A stretch of DNA of 64,000 nt. It comes from a virus. Taxonomy: Duplodnaviria > Caudoviricetes. The notes beneath the pieces were generated by a model. The model saw only the letters and a list, made by a program, of their open reading frames with translations. It ran no database searches and was not told where the DNA came from. The translations under genes were made by a program, and so were the position numbers. This document shows positions 34,553-46,000 of this stretch, piece after piece; the stretch's first letter is position 1; each line of letters starts with the position of its first letter. The DNA lies in the IMG/VR virus record IMGVR_UViG_3300033074_000216, positions 17,268 to 81,267 of that record; one strand, 5' to 3'.

Positions 34553-36779
34553 GTTAGAACAACTTGGAGCATTCAAAAACGAACTGCCTCCAATTGTCGA
34601 TCTCTTAGTTAAAGCTATTCCCATAAACACAATCCCAGACCGTATGAAACTTATCATATCTATCTCAGAAATGATTTCATTTGCTTCTCAATTCAGACGT
34701 AACATCTGGCATTGGGATGGCTTCGAATTACCAATCAATGCAACTTCTTTCGTTATCGCCGGCTCAGGTGATGGTAAAGACTCAGCTGTTAAAGCTGTTC
34801 GAAGATGCTTTGCAGTTGCTACATCTAACATCGCCGAAGAACGTAAAACTCTAGCTAAGAAACTAGCTATCGCTGCCGCTTCAGAAGCTGGTGAAACTCC
34901 TCCATACGAATTCGAGAATTACAAGAAGTTCTATACTCCACCTCCACCAACATTAATCGCTCCAACTACACCTCAAGGTCTTATTCAACATCTCAATGAC
35001 ATCGCAGACCTACCATTAGGTGCTGGTTCAATCTATGCTGGTGAGTTAGGTGACGAACTTGCTACTAATGCCAACATGCTTGAGATAGTTAAAATCATAG
35101 CTGAAGTATTCGATACTGGTGATAAAGAATCAGTATACACTAAAGGTAAAGAATTCCGTTCTAAGGAAATCTCTGCTATGCCACTATCAGCTTTATTCGT
35201 TGGTTCTCCAAAGTACATCCTTTACGATTATTCAGTTAAAAAGAAATTCTTAATCGCTTTCGAATCTAAATTAGCTAGACGTTCATTCTTCTGTTACATT
35301 CCTAAACCTTTACCTAAAGTAGACAATATCTCTCTTATCGAAGCAACTAAACAGGAAAGACAACTTTCAGTTCAAGCTAACATCTTTAAAGAACAAATCT
35401 CTGACGGTGTAGTTAAAGTTGCTAACTTCCATATGAGAAAAGGTAACGAACTAATTCAAATCGCAGACGAAGTACAAGACTTATTCAACATATACAAACT
35501 TTATAATGATAGGGTTTCAGATACAATCAATCACAAGTATCCATTATCAAAGTTAGTTAGAAAACACCTTCAGTGGAAATCCTTAAAACTAGCAGGTGCT
35601 TTCGCTATATTAGAAGAATCAGATACTATCGAAATCGAACACTACATCTCAGCAATTAGATTCTGTGAACAATTAGACTCAGACATGTTAATCTTCGAAC
35701 AAGACTTATTCAAAGAACAATACGAAGTATTTTCAGACTATATGCAAACTAATGCTACAGACGGTAAGATGTCTTTCACTCTTCATGAGTTAAGAAAGTC
35801 AGGCTACATCTCTGCACAAGGTGGCCCATTAGCTAAGATGAAAGAATTAACTCATTTAGCCTCATCATACGATCCAGAAGGCATTTATACCTATGACAAT
35901 GATGGTGTATACTATGAGAAAATCATAAAAGTTGATGGACTTACTCTATCATATCTTCCAGTTGATAATTCTAAAATCGAGAAAGCTGTAGCTTCAGGAA
36001 ACGAAGTTGCAATCGCTAAAGAGAAAGAACTAGTTGCCAAATCTGCAGTTTCAGGGTACATTCCAGTTACTGTACACTTTGCAGACTTAGCTGATATGCT
36101 AGTTTCAGACAACGCATACTCTCCATTCTTATTCAAAGACAACACTCGTGGTAAAGACAACATCATATCTGGTGCGAAATTCATTGTCCTAGACATTGAT
36201 AAATCTAACATCACTTATACGGAAGCTCATTATATCCTTCAAGATATCAATCACCACATCGTCCAAACTAGTAATAAGAACAACCCATTTAAGTTCAGAA
36301 TCTTAATCGAATTAGATTCAGTAGTTGAAGTTAATGGAATGTTATGGAAACATTTCTATACATCTATAGCTAAATCTTTATCGTTTACTGTAGATGTTCT
36401 TCCTCAATCTCAAATCTTCTATTCATACACAGACAGAGAAATCTTATCTGTTACAGACAAGTCTCCAATCGAAGTTAGAGATCATCTAATGTTAGCTCAC
36501 GATAAAGTTACTGAGAAACCTTCATTAACTGAGAAAGCTCTAACATCTAGTCAAAAGCTAGCTTTATTAGATGACGAACTAACAACATTTAGTTATGCAT
36601 TCGAATGTAAAGAAAACGGCTCTCTTAACATGCTTAAAGCAGCTAAACACGCTAGAGACTTAGGTTTACCTAAAGACGAGATCATCGAGTTACTCTATCG
36701 TATTAATGCTTACTGGGTTTACCCTTTAGATGAATCTAGATTACAATCTACATTAATATCTCAAATCGAGAGGTGGTAA
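34515..36779 (+). CDS. Helicase-primase: DUF3987-like P-loop domain plus C-terminal primase-like domain
   Basis: IAGSGDGKDS P-loop, AGELG; C-terminal IVLDID, HHIVQT, KFRILI and a helical tail; AAGGAG RBS before ATG 34515. Confidence 0.7.
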   Translation: MSQQSLLEQARHELEQLGAFKNELPPIVDLLVKAIPINTIPDRMKLIISISEMISFASQFRRNIWHWDGFELPINATSFVIAGSGDGKDSAVKAVRRCFAVATSNIAEERKTLAKKLAIAAASEAGETPPYEFENYKKFYTPPPPTLIAPTTPQGLIQHLNDIADLPLGAGSIYAGELGDELATNANMLEIVKIIAEVFDTGDKESVYTKGKEFRSKEISAMPLSALFVGSPKYILYDYSVKKKFLIAFESKLARRSFFCYIPKPLPKVDNISLIEATKQERQLSVQANIFKEQISDGVVKVANFHMRKGNELIQIADEVQDLFNIYKLYNDRVSDTINHKYPLSKLVRKHLQWKSLKLAGAFAILEESDTIEIEHYISAIRFCEQLDSDMLIFEQDLFKEQYEVFSDYMQTNATDGKMSFTLHELRKSGYISAQGGPLAKMKELTHLASSYDPEGIYTYDNDGVYYEKIIKVDGLTLSYLPVDNSKIEKAVASGNEVAIAKEKELVAKSAVSGYIPVTVHFADLADMLVSDNAYSPFLFKDNTRGKDNIISGAKFIVLDIDKSNITYTEAHYILQDINHHIVQTSNKNNPFKFRILIELDSVVEVNGMLWKHFYTSIAKSLSFTVDVLPQSQIFYSYTDREILSVTDKSPIEVRDHLMLAHDKVTEKPSLTEKALTSSQKLALLDDELTTFSYAFECKENGSLNMLKAAKHARDLGLPKDEIIELLYRINAYWVYPLDESRLQSTLISQIERW

Positions 36780-36781
36780 TC

Positions 36782-37468
36782 ATGAAAACTTTAGTTATCG
36801 GAGACATTCATGGTATGTTTCAAGAACTTAAAGCTCTATTAGCTCAAGTAGGCCCAGTCGATGAGATCATCTCTTGTGGAGACATCATCGATAGAGGTCC
36901 TCAATCAGCAGACGTTATCCAATTCTGTCAAGAGAACAACATCAAAGTCTGTCTAGGAAACCATGAATTAATGGCAATCGAAGCTCTAGAGAACTACTTA
37001 GACCCAACAGTTACAACATTCAAACGTCTAGAACTACACAGCTCAGACTGGTGGTCAAATGGTGGAGACAAAGTATTCCATCAAATCGAAGACAAGCTTC
37101 CTGAGACATTAGTTTACTTTAAGTCATTACCATTATTCATTATGACTGAGCATACTAAAGACAATTTACCAATCGTTGTATCTCATTCATTAATAACTAG
37201 ATGTTTACACGACTTCTCTAAACCTTTGGATTACACCTCTCCTATCGCTGACTATGCTCTGTGGAATCGTCAAATTCCTATGTCTAGTCCATACTTTAAT
37301 ATCCACGGTCATACTCCAACTGATTATTTTGGTTTAACAAACATTCCATACCAATCAAACTTCCATCTAAACATCGACACTGGTGCTTGTTACAACACTA
37401 ACACTAGAGGAAAACTAACAGCAGTATTACTTCCAGATTTTAAAATCTATCAGCAGGAGAGACTATGA
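36782..37468 (+). CDS. Calcineurin-like metallophosphoesterase (Ser/Thr phosphatase type)
   Basis: GDIHG, GDIIDRG, GNHE, HGHTP, IDTG. Confidence 0.9.
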   Translation: MKTLVIGDIHGMFQELKALLAQVGPVDEIISCGDIIDRGPQSADVIQFCQENNIKVCLGNHELMAIEALENYLDPTVTTFKRLELHSSDWWSNGGDKVFHQIEDKLPETLVYFKSLPLFIMTEHTKDNLPIVVSHSLITRCLHDFSKPLDYTSPIADYALWNRQIPMSSPYFNIHGHTPTDYFGLTNIPYQSNFHLNIDTGACYNTNTRGKLTAVLLPDFKIYQQERL

Positions 37469-38109
37469 AAATCGTATGCATTTCAGATACTCATCATAAA
37501 CATAAATACATTAATCCTTTAGACCTCCAAGACGCAGACATGATTATCCATGCAGGTGACTTCACATCTAATGGTAATCAAGCTCAAACAATAACATTCC
37601 TTAAATGGTATGAGTCATTACCTATTAAACACAAAATCCTAATCGCAGGTAATCATGACTTCTACTGTTGTTCTGATACATTCCAATATCTATTAACACA
37701 GCATGCTCCAAGCGTCAAGTACCTTTTCAATGAATCAATCGTAATCGAAGGATTCAAAATCTGGGGATCTCCATACTCTAATACTTTCGGTCACTGGGCA
37801 TTTATGAAAGACGACCTAGACTTAGCTACAATCTGGGACACAATCCCTGATGATACAGACATAGTCGTAACTCATGGTCCAGCCTATAGAATAGCTGATA
37901 AAGTTCTTAATCATGATGGTCGAGATCCTAATGTAGGTTCACCAGCTCTCAGAACTAAGTTATCAGAACTTCCTAAGCTAAAACTTCACGTTACTGGTCA
38001 CATTCATGAAGCTGCAGGACTCTATTTCGAGCACTACGTTACTATTAACGCATCAATCTGTGACCTAAACTATGTCCCATTTAATAAACCTATTTCGGTA
38101 ATCCTATGA
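37465..38109 (+). CDS. Metallophosphoesterase
   Basis: SDTH, HAGD, GNHD, THGP, GHIHE. Confidence 0.88.
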   Translation: MKIVCISDTHHKHKYINPLDLQDADMIIHAGDFTSNGNQAQTITFLKWYESLPIKHKILIAGNHDFYCCSDTFQYLLTQHAPSVKYLFNESIVIEGFKIWGSPYSNTFGHWAFMKDDLDLATIWDTIPDDTDIVVTHGPAYRIADKVLNHDGRDPNVGSPALRTKLSELPKLKLHVTGHIHEAAGLYFEHYVTINASICDLNYVPFNKPISVIL

Positions 38110-38264
38110 CTTTAGCAGAATACATTAAGTCTATTGAAGACGATATTCTCACTCTAGAGGAGTACGAGGCAAGAACAGGACCATTAGATTGTTGTGATAA
38201 TCGAGAATTAGAAGTTCTTAATATCCTATTAGTTTCTTTAAGGAGTATCACATCACTAGATTAG
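38106..38264 (+). CDS. Small acidic hypothetical protein (52 aa)
   Basis: ATGA overlap with the upstream stop. Confidence 0.4.
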   Translation: MTLAEYIKSIEDDILTLEEYEARTGPLDCCDNRELEVLNILLVSLRSITSLD

Positions 38265-39151
38265 ATTATATCCCAGGCTCATCAATAACGCCTCCAGACG
38301 CATTTACAATCTCTCCCTCATCGCTAGGTAAATTCTTTGACGACCCACATTTATGGTACCGTGAGTACGTATTAGGTCAAAGAGAATTTGACTCTACCAC
38401 ATCAACTGTCTTAGGTACAATCGTACATTTCTGTGGCGAAGAATTCATTAAGACTAAGTCAGTTGATAAACTTGAAATTTTTAAATATTTATATTCTTTA
38501 ACTCATACAACTCAATGTCCATTTCTTAATTTAGATCAAGCTGAAAATTACTTCAGCTCATTCACTCATCCTCATTATGATATTCAACATATCTTATCTC
38601 AGTATAAACCTATGGGTAATTGTCTTATCAAATACCTATCAGAATTACCAAAATTCAAACTAAACCAAGCTGTTTCAGAACAAATGGTAGCTGCGGAAAT
38701 CATTCCAGGCTACTACGTTTCTGGTTCATGCGATCTTCAAATCGGTCCAGACATCTACGATTACAAAACGACTTCAAGTCTATCTGCTCCATCCTCTGTT
38801 AATTATGGTTATCGATTACAACTATTAGCTTATGCTTATGCTCTAATCAAATCCGGAGTACAGATAAACTCAGCCTCTATAATCTGGGTAACTACAAATC
38901 AAGTTAACCGATTCAATGAAAAAGGAAAACCTTTAGCTGATTACCCGGCAACCTGTTCAGTATCTCAGACAATGACTATTGATGAGCAATCTCTTAATTT
39001 CATAGAGAGTATACTGAAGCTTGTTGCCGAAACTGTTCAGTTCGTGAAAGCTAATCCTCAGTATGCATACATTGCATTCAGAGACTACAGACTTAAACTA
39101 TCTGAACTTCCTCAAATCCCATTCACAAAGGCCCTCAATGTCAGCAGTTAA
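38252..39151 (+). CDS. PD-(D/E)xK Cas4/RecB-like exonuclease, probable ATC start
   Basis: Frame is open from 38252 with ISPSSLGKFFDDP...GTIVH N-terminal motif; GSCD, YDYKT, QLLAYA; AAGGAG 6 nt before ATC. Confidence 0.7.
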   Translation: MTRLDYIPGSSITPPDAFTISPSSLGKFFDDPHLWYREYVLGQREFDSTTSTVLGTIVHFCGEEFIKTKSVDKLEIFKYLYSLTHTTQCPFLNLDQAENYFSSFTHPHYDIQHILSQYKPMGNCLIKYLSELPKFKLNQAVSEQMVAAEIIPGYYVSGSCDLQIGPDIYDYKTTSSLSAPSSVNYGYRLQLLAYAYALIKSGVQINSASIIWVTTNQVNRFNEKGKPLADYPATCSVSQTMTIDEQSLNFIESILKLVAETVQFVKANPQYAYIAFRDYRLKLSELPQIPFTKALNVSS

Positions 39152-39803
39152 ACTATTAATCGCAGGACAAAGTAACTCAGGAAAGACTACTCTCTTAAAG
39201 TCACTTGAAGATGCTTATGTTCTATCACACGATGGAAAGAAATTCCCATTCCCAATTCCTCACACAAATGTGCCAACATTTGACTCAGTAGCTCAATTAA
39301 CAGAGTTAATGACTACTAAAATCCAAGCGTATCAAGAAGCTAAAGGTGACTTACCTAAAACGGTAGTTATCGACACAGTATCTAAAATCTTCGATACAAT
39401 TTACGACAACTGTAATAAGAAATATACAGGTTTCAAAATCTACTCAGAAATAGACTTAGAAATCAAAGCATTCACAGACTACGTACAAAACATGTTAGTA
39501 GAAAACGGAATGAATGTTATATTACTATCTCATGCAATCTATGATTCAGAAACATCTAGCTACAACCTAGTTGGAAAAGGATCATTCTTAAAAAGAGGTG
39601 GATTCTTAGCAGAAGTTGACTTTTCTTCTTTTTTAGAATTAAAAAACAACAAACGATATGTTCACCACAGATCAACGAAATTCCCAGCTAGAACACTATT
39701 AGAATCTGCTCCAGACTCTTCATTAGTTGACGAATTTAATCTTCAAGAATACATCGACCAAATTGCCGAAATCAATTCAGCAGTTGAAACTTTCGAATTA
39801 TAA
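39138..39803 (+). CDS. Sak4-like AAA_24 ATPase (ssDNA annealing/recombination)
   Basis: GQSNSGKTT, VVIDTVS, ILLSH; lies between exonuclease and SSB. Confidence 0.75.
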   Translation: MSAVKLLIAGQSNSGKTTLLKSLEDAYVLSHDGKKFPFPIPHTNVPTFDSVAQLTELMTTKIQAYQEAKGDLPKTVVIDTVSKIFDTIYDNCNKKYTGFKIYSEIDLEIKAFTDYVQNMLVENGMNVILLSHAIYDSETSSYNLVGKGSFLKRGGFLAEVDFSSFLELKNNKRYVHHRSTKFPARTLLESAPDSSLVDEFNLQEYIDQIAEINSAVETFEL

Positions 39804-39827
39804 TAAATCACCACAGGACTCATCACC

Positions 39828-40481
39828 ATGTCATTCATCAAAGTAAACACATCAGAAGACGTTGTAAAAGAAAGTAAAGGAGGAGGTTCTTACTTATCTA
39901 AGTCAGGAATCTACCCAATTACTATCAAATTTGCATCTGTTACTGTAAACGAACACAATGCTAGAAGTATCGACTTCAACGTTGACTATAACGGAAACTC
40001 TTCTACATTATACGGTCTAAAATTAGACAACAACGACGGTAGCGAAAACTACATGTACCCAATCTTCAACAACTTATGTATCATCGCTGGTTTAGAAAAC
40101 GTTAACGAGCCAGAAGAACAAGAACACGAAGTTGGTAAAGACAAAGAAGTTAAATCATTTATGGTTTTAGATGACTTAACAGGATTAGAATGTTTTGTTA
40201 GAGTACAACAAGAATACTCTAAATACAATAACGAAATCAAATCTAGATTAGTTATCAAATCATTCTACAGAGCTGACGAAGCTAACGCATTCGAAATCAT
40301 CAAAGGTGAAAACTTTGGTACTCAGTTCAAAAAAGACCAAGCATACGCTGACAAAATCACTTACAAAGATGGTTTAACAGCTGAAGAAGTATCTGCTTGG
40401 GAAGAAGCTAAGAAATCTGGTAAACCAGCAGTTAAACCAACTACTCAAACTCCAGTTAAATCAAACGCATTCAGAAGATAA
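39828..40481 (+). CDS. Putative single-stranded DNA-binding protein
   Basis: Position after Sak4; GIYPITIK OB-like start; flexible C-terminal tail. Confidence 0.6.
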   Translation: MSFIKVNTSEDVVKESKGGGSYLSKSGIYPITIKFASVTVNEHNARSIDFNVDYNGNSSTLYGLKLDNNDGSENYMYPIFNNLCIIAGLENVNEPEEQEHEVGKDKEVKSFMVLDDLTGLECFVRVQQEYSKYNNEIKSRLVIKSFYRADEANAFEIIKGENFGTQFKKDQAYADKITYKDGLTAEEVSAWEEAKKSGKPAVKPTTQTPVKSNAFRR

Positions 40482-40505
40482 TTCTTCTTAATGCATAGGA
40501 AACAT

Positions 40506-41000
40506 ATGCAAGTTTTATTCACATCAGATTTACACTTAGGTCACAAAGCAATCGCCAAGTACAGACCTATATTTGACTCCGCAGAGAGTCATGACGAATT
40601 CATACTATCTATGATTGAAGCTCTACCAAAACGAACAATCCTGTACGTCCTTGGGGACTTCTTATTTGATGGCCCTCATTTTGAATTTTACCTAATGAGA
40701 CTATCTTCATACAAGTGTGAAATTCGAGTAGTTCCTGGAAACCACGACTCTAAACTATTATACAATCAGACAATCGCTCCGAATGTTAAAGTAGAGTTAC
40801 CTCTATTTAACTATAAAGGTTTTTGGGTGTCTCATTGCCCAATCCATCCTCACGAAATGAGAAATCGTAATGGAAACATTCACGGTCACTTACACAGTGA
40901 GGTACTTCCAGATCCAAAATACATCAATGTAAATCTTGATGTTAATGATTTTCAGTTCGTACCCCTAGCAGATATAATGGCACGAGGGGGCAGCAAATGA
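40506..41000 (+). CDS. Metallophosphoesterase
   Basis: FTSDLHLGH, LGDF, GNHD, SHCP, HGHLH. Confidence 0.85.
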   Translation: MQVLFTSDLHLGHKAIAKYRPIFDSAESHDEFILSMIEALPKRTILYVLGDFLFDGPHFEFYLMRLSSYKCEIRVVPGNHDSKLLYNQTIAPNVKVELPLFNYKGFWVSHCPIHPHEMRNRNGNIHGHLHSEVLPDPKYINVNLDVNDFQFVPLADIMARGGSK

Positions 41001-42424
41001 ATGCCACACCAGAACAACAAGCTATCATACAACACGTTCTTACCACTAATGGACTCACTATGGTCTCTGCCGTAGCTGGTTCAGGTAAGACTACGCTTTT
41101 AGTAGCATTAGCCAATCGAATGGCTGAAGGAAATCCAGCTCCTGGTCTTTACTTAGCTTACAATAAATCTGTAGCTATGGAAGCCCAAACTAAGTTTCCT
41201 GATTTTATTTCTTGTATGACAACTCATTCATTAGCTTATACACCCACCGTGCGAGCTAAAGGCAGTAAACTCCATTTAGGTAAATTCACTTACCGACAAA
41301 TCCATGAAAGCATTGACTATGACTTCAAGTGTGAAATCGTAGATCATATTAGAACATTTTGTTTGTCCTCGTTCCTCAATATAGACGACTACGGCAAATT
41401 TCACGATCTAACACCTAGACTATTAGAGTATCTACACAAATATCTAGACCAAATGTTAGAAGGTAAGACAGAATGTACCCATGATTTTTACTTAAAACTT
41501 TATCACATTATGCTAGCTAACGGTAACATAAGTTACGAACCGTTCAGTATAATTGCCCTCGACGAGTCTGGAGATTTGAATCCAGTAACTCTTGAGATTT
41601 TCAAACTTCTTCCAGCTGAGAAGAAAGTTATGGTAGGAGATCCTCACCAAAACATCTATCAATTTAATCACACGATTAATTGTTTCAGTGTTATGGCGGA
41701 TCAAGGTACTTACCTTCCAATGACAAAGTCATTCAGAGTAGATCATAGGATAGCCAAACGAATACAAAAGTATTGTCAAGCCTACCTATCTGAAGATATG
41801 TTATTTGAGGGAATTGAGATTACCAATCCTAAAGTTGAAACTCGTGCATTTATCTCAAGAACTAACTCCGCTTTAGTAAGAAAACTAATGGAACTTAATA
41901 AGCTTCATATCCCATACGGAACCATCAGAGACGTTAAAGATATTTTTGCCTTACCATTAACCCTTTGTGCATTAAAACCAGGAGGTTTTACATCAAACTC
42001 AGAATTCAAATATCTGCAAGACGATGCAAACACATATGGCAAATCTAAAGAGTTGCAAGATCGTTATAAAACTGTACTTATGTACCTTAAAGATTTACAC
42101 GAAGGTGATCTAGCATTACAACAAGCTATTTCTATCATATTCCAGTATGGTAAAGCCGACGTAATCGCTTGTCACGAACAAGCTAAGAAGCATTCTAAGA
42201 AAGAACAAAACTACATGATTGGAACTGTTCACTCTTGTAAAGGTTTAGAATTTGATTCAGTTGAATTAGCTGATGATATGAACCAGTCAATCGCTGGAAT
42301 CGTATTATCAATGAAACTTGATCCAGACTATATCCTTACAACAGAAGAACGAGCAGAACTAAACTTATACTATGTTGGTGCATCTCGTGCCAAAAAAGAG
42401 CTTCACAATGCTAAGTATTTGTAA
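40997..42424 (+). CDS. UvrD/Rep-family SF1 helicase
   Basis: AVAGSGKTT, LAYN, LDESGD, VGDPHQNIY, SFR, TVHSCKGLEFD, YVGASRAK. Confidence 0.9.
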   Translation: MNATPEQQAIIQHVLTTNGLTMVSAVAGSGKTTLLVALANRMAEGNPAPGLYLAYNKSVAMEAQTKFPDFISCMTTHSLAYTPTVRAKGSKLHLGKFTYRQIHESIDYDFKCEIVDHIRTFCLSSFLNIDDYGKFHDLTPRLLEYLHKYLDQMLEGKTECTHDFYLKLYHIMLANGNISYEPFSIIALDESGDLNPVTLEIFKLLPAEKKVMVGDPHQNIYQFNHTINCFSVMADQGTYLPMTKSFRVDHRIAKRIQKYCQAYLSEDMLFEGIEITNPKVETRAFISRTNSALVRKLMELNKLHIPYGTIRDVKDIFALPLTLCALKPGGFTSNSEFKYLQDDANTYGKSKELQDRYKTVLMYLKDLHEGDLALQQAISIIFQYGKADVIACHEQAKKHSKKEQNYMIGTVHSCKGLEFDSVELADDMNQSIAGIVLSMKLDPDYILTTEERAELNLYYVGASRAKKELHNAKYL

Positions 42425-42443
42425 GTTGTCAATTTGACAACTT

Positions 42444-42527
42444 GTAGGTACTATTAAGTGTAGTTATAAGACAGGGATAAAGCCGCCTGCTTCGTGTTAC
42501 CGGACCACTACACTTACTAGTGCTTAC
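42444..42527 (+). ncRNA. Structured RNA upstream of the HU gene
   Basis: 21-bp stem with several G.U pairs and one mismatch enclosing a 42-nt loop with cagg/cctg hairpin. Confidence 0.5.
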
Positions 42528-42560
42528 CGCACAAATAATCTACTCACTAAAGGAGCCACC

Positions 42561-42848
42561 ATGGCAAACTTATCTACAATCACTACTGTTGCTGCTACAT
42601 TAGCTGCTAATCAATCTATCACTAAAAAAGCTGCTGCTGAATTAGTTACAAACGTATACGAGATTATCGCTGCTGAAATCGCTGCAGGTAATGATGTAAA
42701 AATCAACAACGTTGGTACAATCAAACAAGTTACTAGAGCTGCTAGAACAGGTCACAACCCATCAACTGGTGCTAAATTAGAAATCCCAGCTAAAAGAACT
42801 TTAAAGTTCAAACCTTTTGCAAACATCAAAGTAGCATTAAACTCTTAA
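42561..42848 (+). CDS. hup: HU/IHF-family DNA-binding protein
   Basis: VKINNVGTI, RAARTGHNPSTGAKLEIPAK, FKP. Confidence 0.92.
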   Translation: MANLSTITTVAATLAANQSITKKAAAELVTNVYEIIAAEIAAGNDVKINNVGTIKQVTRAARTGHNPSTGAKLEIPAKRTLKFKPFANIKVALNS

Positions 42849-42869
42849 TCCCATTTTAAGGAGTCACGA

Positions 42870-43088
42870 GTGGAATTCACTTACGATGACACACAAACAA
42901 TTAGGGTTTCAGAACTGAAACTCCTAACTCTGGATGAAGCTCAGAAAATCATCGCTCAAGTGAACAATCCAACTCAAGCTCTTGAGATGGCTAAGATTCA
43001 CAGCCAAGAAGCGGTTGACTGGGTTATAAATGTAATTCAAGCATGTAACGCAGTTCATGCTAATTTAAAGGCAAGTCAAAATGGTTGA
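42870..43088 (+). CDS. Hypothetical protein
   Basis: AAGGAG RBS, GTG start. Confidence 0.55.
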   Translation: MEFTYDDTQTIRVSELKLLTLDEAQKIIAQVNNPTQALEMAKIHSQEAVDWVINVIQACNAVHANLKASQNG

Positions 43089-46000
43089 ATTAGTTGATAA
43101 CAAACGTCACGACATAATCAAAAGAGATGGACGAATCGAATCATTCGATGAAGACAAACTCTATGCAGTTATCTTGTGGGCATGTAAAGGAAGAGAATCC
43201 TTAGCTAAAACTTTATTAGAAGCAATCAGTATTAAGATCCATAACAAAATGAGTATAGTTAAACTATACGATGAAGTTATTAATACAGCCTCTAATTTAA
43301 TTTCAGACTTATACCCAGTATGGGATGAAATAACTAGAAACCTTTACATTTTAAAACTACACAAAGACATTGGTGTTAAAAGAATTGACTATCCATCGTA
43401 TAAAGATATCGTAGCTAACAATATCAAACATGGATATTATAGTGAAGAAACTTTTAACAAACTCCTTACACACACAACTATAGAAGAATTAGAATCTAAA
43501 GTCCTAGACCCAATGAGAGACAACCTTTTCACATTCGGTGGACTAAAGCTATTCGTGGACAAGTATTGTAATAAGACTCCTAACGGAACACTCTTAGAAC
43601 TACCTCAACACGTTTATCTTAGAGATGCTATTCAGAAAAATTACCATCTATCTATTAACGAAATCAAAGAAGACTACGATCAAGTATCTTCTCACTTAGT
43701 TACAGATGCAACTCCAAAGATGGTTAACGGTTGTAAACCTAATGCACAATTATTCTCATGTTGTCTATCTCGTCCAGAAGATTCTCTTGAATCTTTAAAC
43801 AAAGTTGATGACATCTTAGGTAACGAGTCTAAATTCGGTGGCGGATTAGCTACTGACATTTCAGCCGTTAGAGCTAAGGGTGCATTCATTAAAGGTAACA
43901 AAGGTAAGTCTGGTGGAGCAATCCCATTCGTTCAAAAGAATCAATGGGCAGTAGGTGCATACAACCAAGGAGACACTCGTATGTCTTCTGAAGCTATGTA
44001 CTATAACTGGTTCCACTACGAAGCACCTGAACTTACTATGCTTAAAGACAAGTCTGGGAAGGATGAAGAAAGAGCTAGAAAGCTTAAGTATGCAATCAAA
44101 TGGACCAAACGATTCTCAAGAGCAATCAAGAATGATGAAGAAATATATCTATTCGATCCACACAAAACTCAAGACATGACTTATGCTTGGGGTGAGGAAT
44201 TAGATAGGTTATACGACCAATATTCTAAAACTCAAGTTAGAAAGAGAACTTATCGAGCTCAAGACTTAGCTTTCACTGTTGCTAAGATCAAAGGTGAAAC
44301 GGGTAAACATATTAGCCCCTTTATGTAGTAATGCATAAAGCAAATTCTTCTAATTGCTGGGAACTCCTAATAAGACTTTAAGATTAATTAATGTATAATT
44401 ATTACATAACTAATTATTAAGGATACTCATGGACAATCAGCAGCGAAGCTTGCAATCACTCTTATGTATAGAAGGATTTAAAACAATCCCAATATTACAT
44501 AAGAAGTATTTAAACACTCAAGAATTATCTCAAGATTTCTTATTAGAAATGCACGAGATATCAAAACAAGAATTATTAACTAAATTTAATATTCCTAATT
44601 TACCTGTATTAAACAAAATACTTTGTAAAGTATATGACTTATACGAAACACTTCCATTACCTGCAGGATTTATTACAGCTAGTCTATACACCTGTTCTGA
44701 TTATGCTATTAATATTAATAGTATTATCATAACTAGTAGAACTAGACGAATTGTTAAACCTTATTTTGATGAGTTTGGTTATTTACGAGTAAATACTCGA
44801 CATTTAAAACCACACACTTCATCAATAGGTATTTATGAAAGACTTCACAGATTATATGCTATGACTTTTCTTCCATTGGAGGATACATCATTATACTCTA
44901 ATTTAGAAGTTAATCATCGTAATGGGAATAAACTTGATAATACAGTTGAAAACCTTGAGTGGGTAACTAAACAAGAAAACCTCCAACATGCTTGGAAGAC
45001 AGGTCTACGAAAGTTACCAAACCAATATTTGCAAGAACGTTCAACGACTATCCCGAAAGGGAGTACACTCAAGTGAGTGGAAATGGAGAAGGTCCAAATT
45101 TAATTATTTGGATCAAGATATAGTCTAGACTACATGGTAACATGTAGAAGTTCATGTACTTCTGTACTGAGAACTGCGTGTAATTAACGACTACACGTGA
45201 ATACAATCGAACAACTATACATTCTTTACAGACAATGCCAATATTCAAAACATTGGTGGTGGTACAGTTACTCAATCTAATCTATGTATGGAATATTTAC
45301 CAAACTTCAAAAGTATTAAACATCTTTCAGATGAATTAGTTACAGTTGAAGGTAAAACATTCGTTCAGCACAAATTCGAAGGCGATGTTGCTTTATGTAA
45401 CTTAGCTTCTATCAATTTAGCTAAATGGATTTTATTATCTCCAGAAGAAAAGAGAAGACAAGCATACATCCTAGTTAGATCTATGGATAACTCTATTGAC
45501 AACTCATTCTATTCAAACAGATATGGTAGACATCATTCATTCCAACACAGAAACATTGGTATTGGTGTTTCTAATTATGCTAACGTAATCGCTTTACAAG
45601 GATTCTTATGGGATTCTAAAGAAGCTAGACAATTCACTCATGAATTATTCGAAGAACTTCAATACTATTGTATTGCTGGTTCAGTTAAGTTAGCATCTGA
45701 AAGAGGTAAATACCCATTATTCCATGAATCAAAATGGTCTAAAGGTGTATTCCCTCATGAGATTTCTATACTAGGTAATATGGAATCAGAATTAAACTAT
45801 CCATTAAAAATGGACTGGGAAGCTCTAAGAGTCGACTTATTAAAATATGGTATCAGAAATGAATACCTTATGGCAATCGCACCTACAGCTACTTCTGGTT
45901 TATGTATCAATGCAACTCCTGGAGTTGACCTACCTAGAAAACTTAAAACAATCCAAGAGGGTACTTACTCTCTTCCATTCATAGTTCCAAACCTTAGAGA

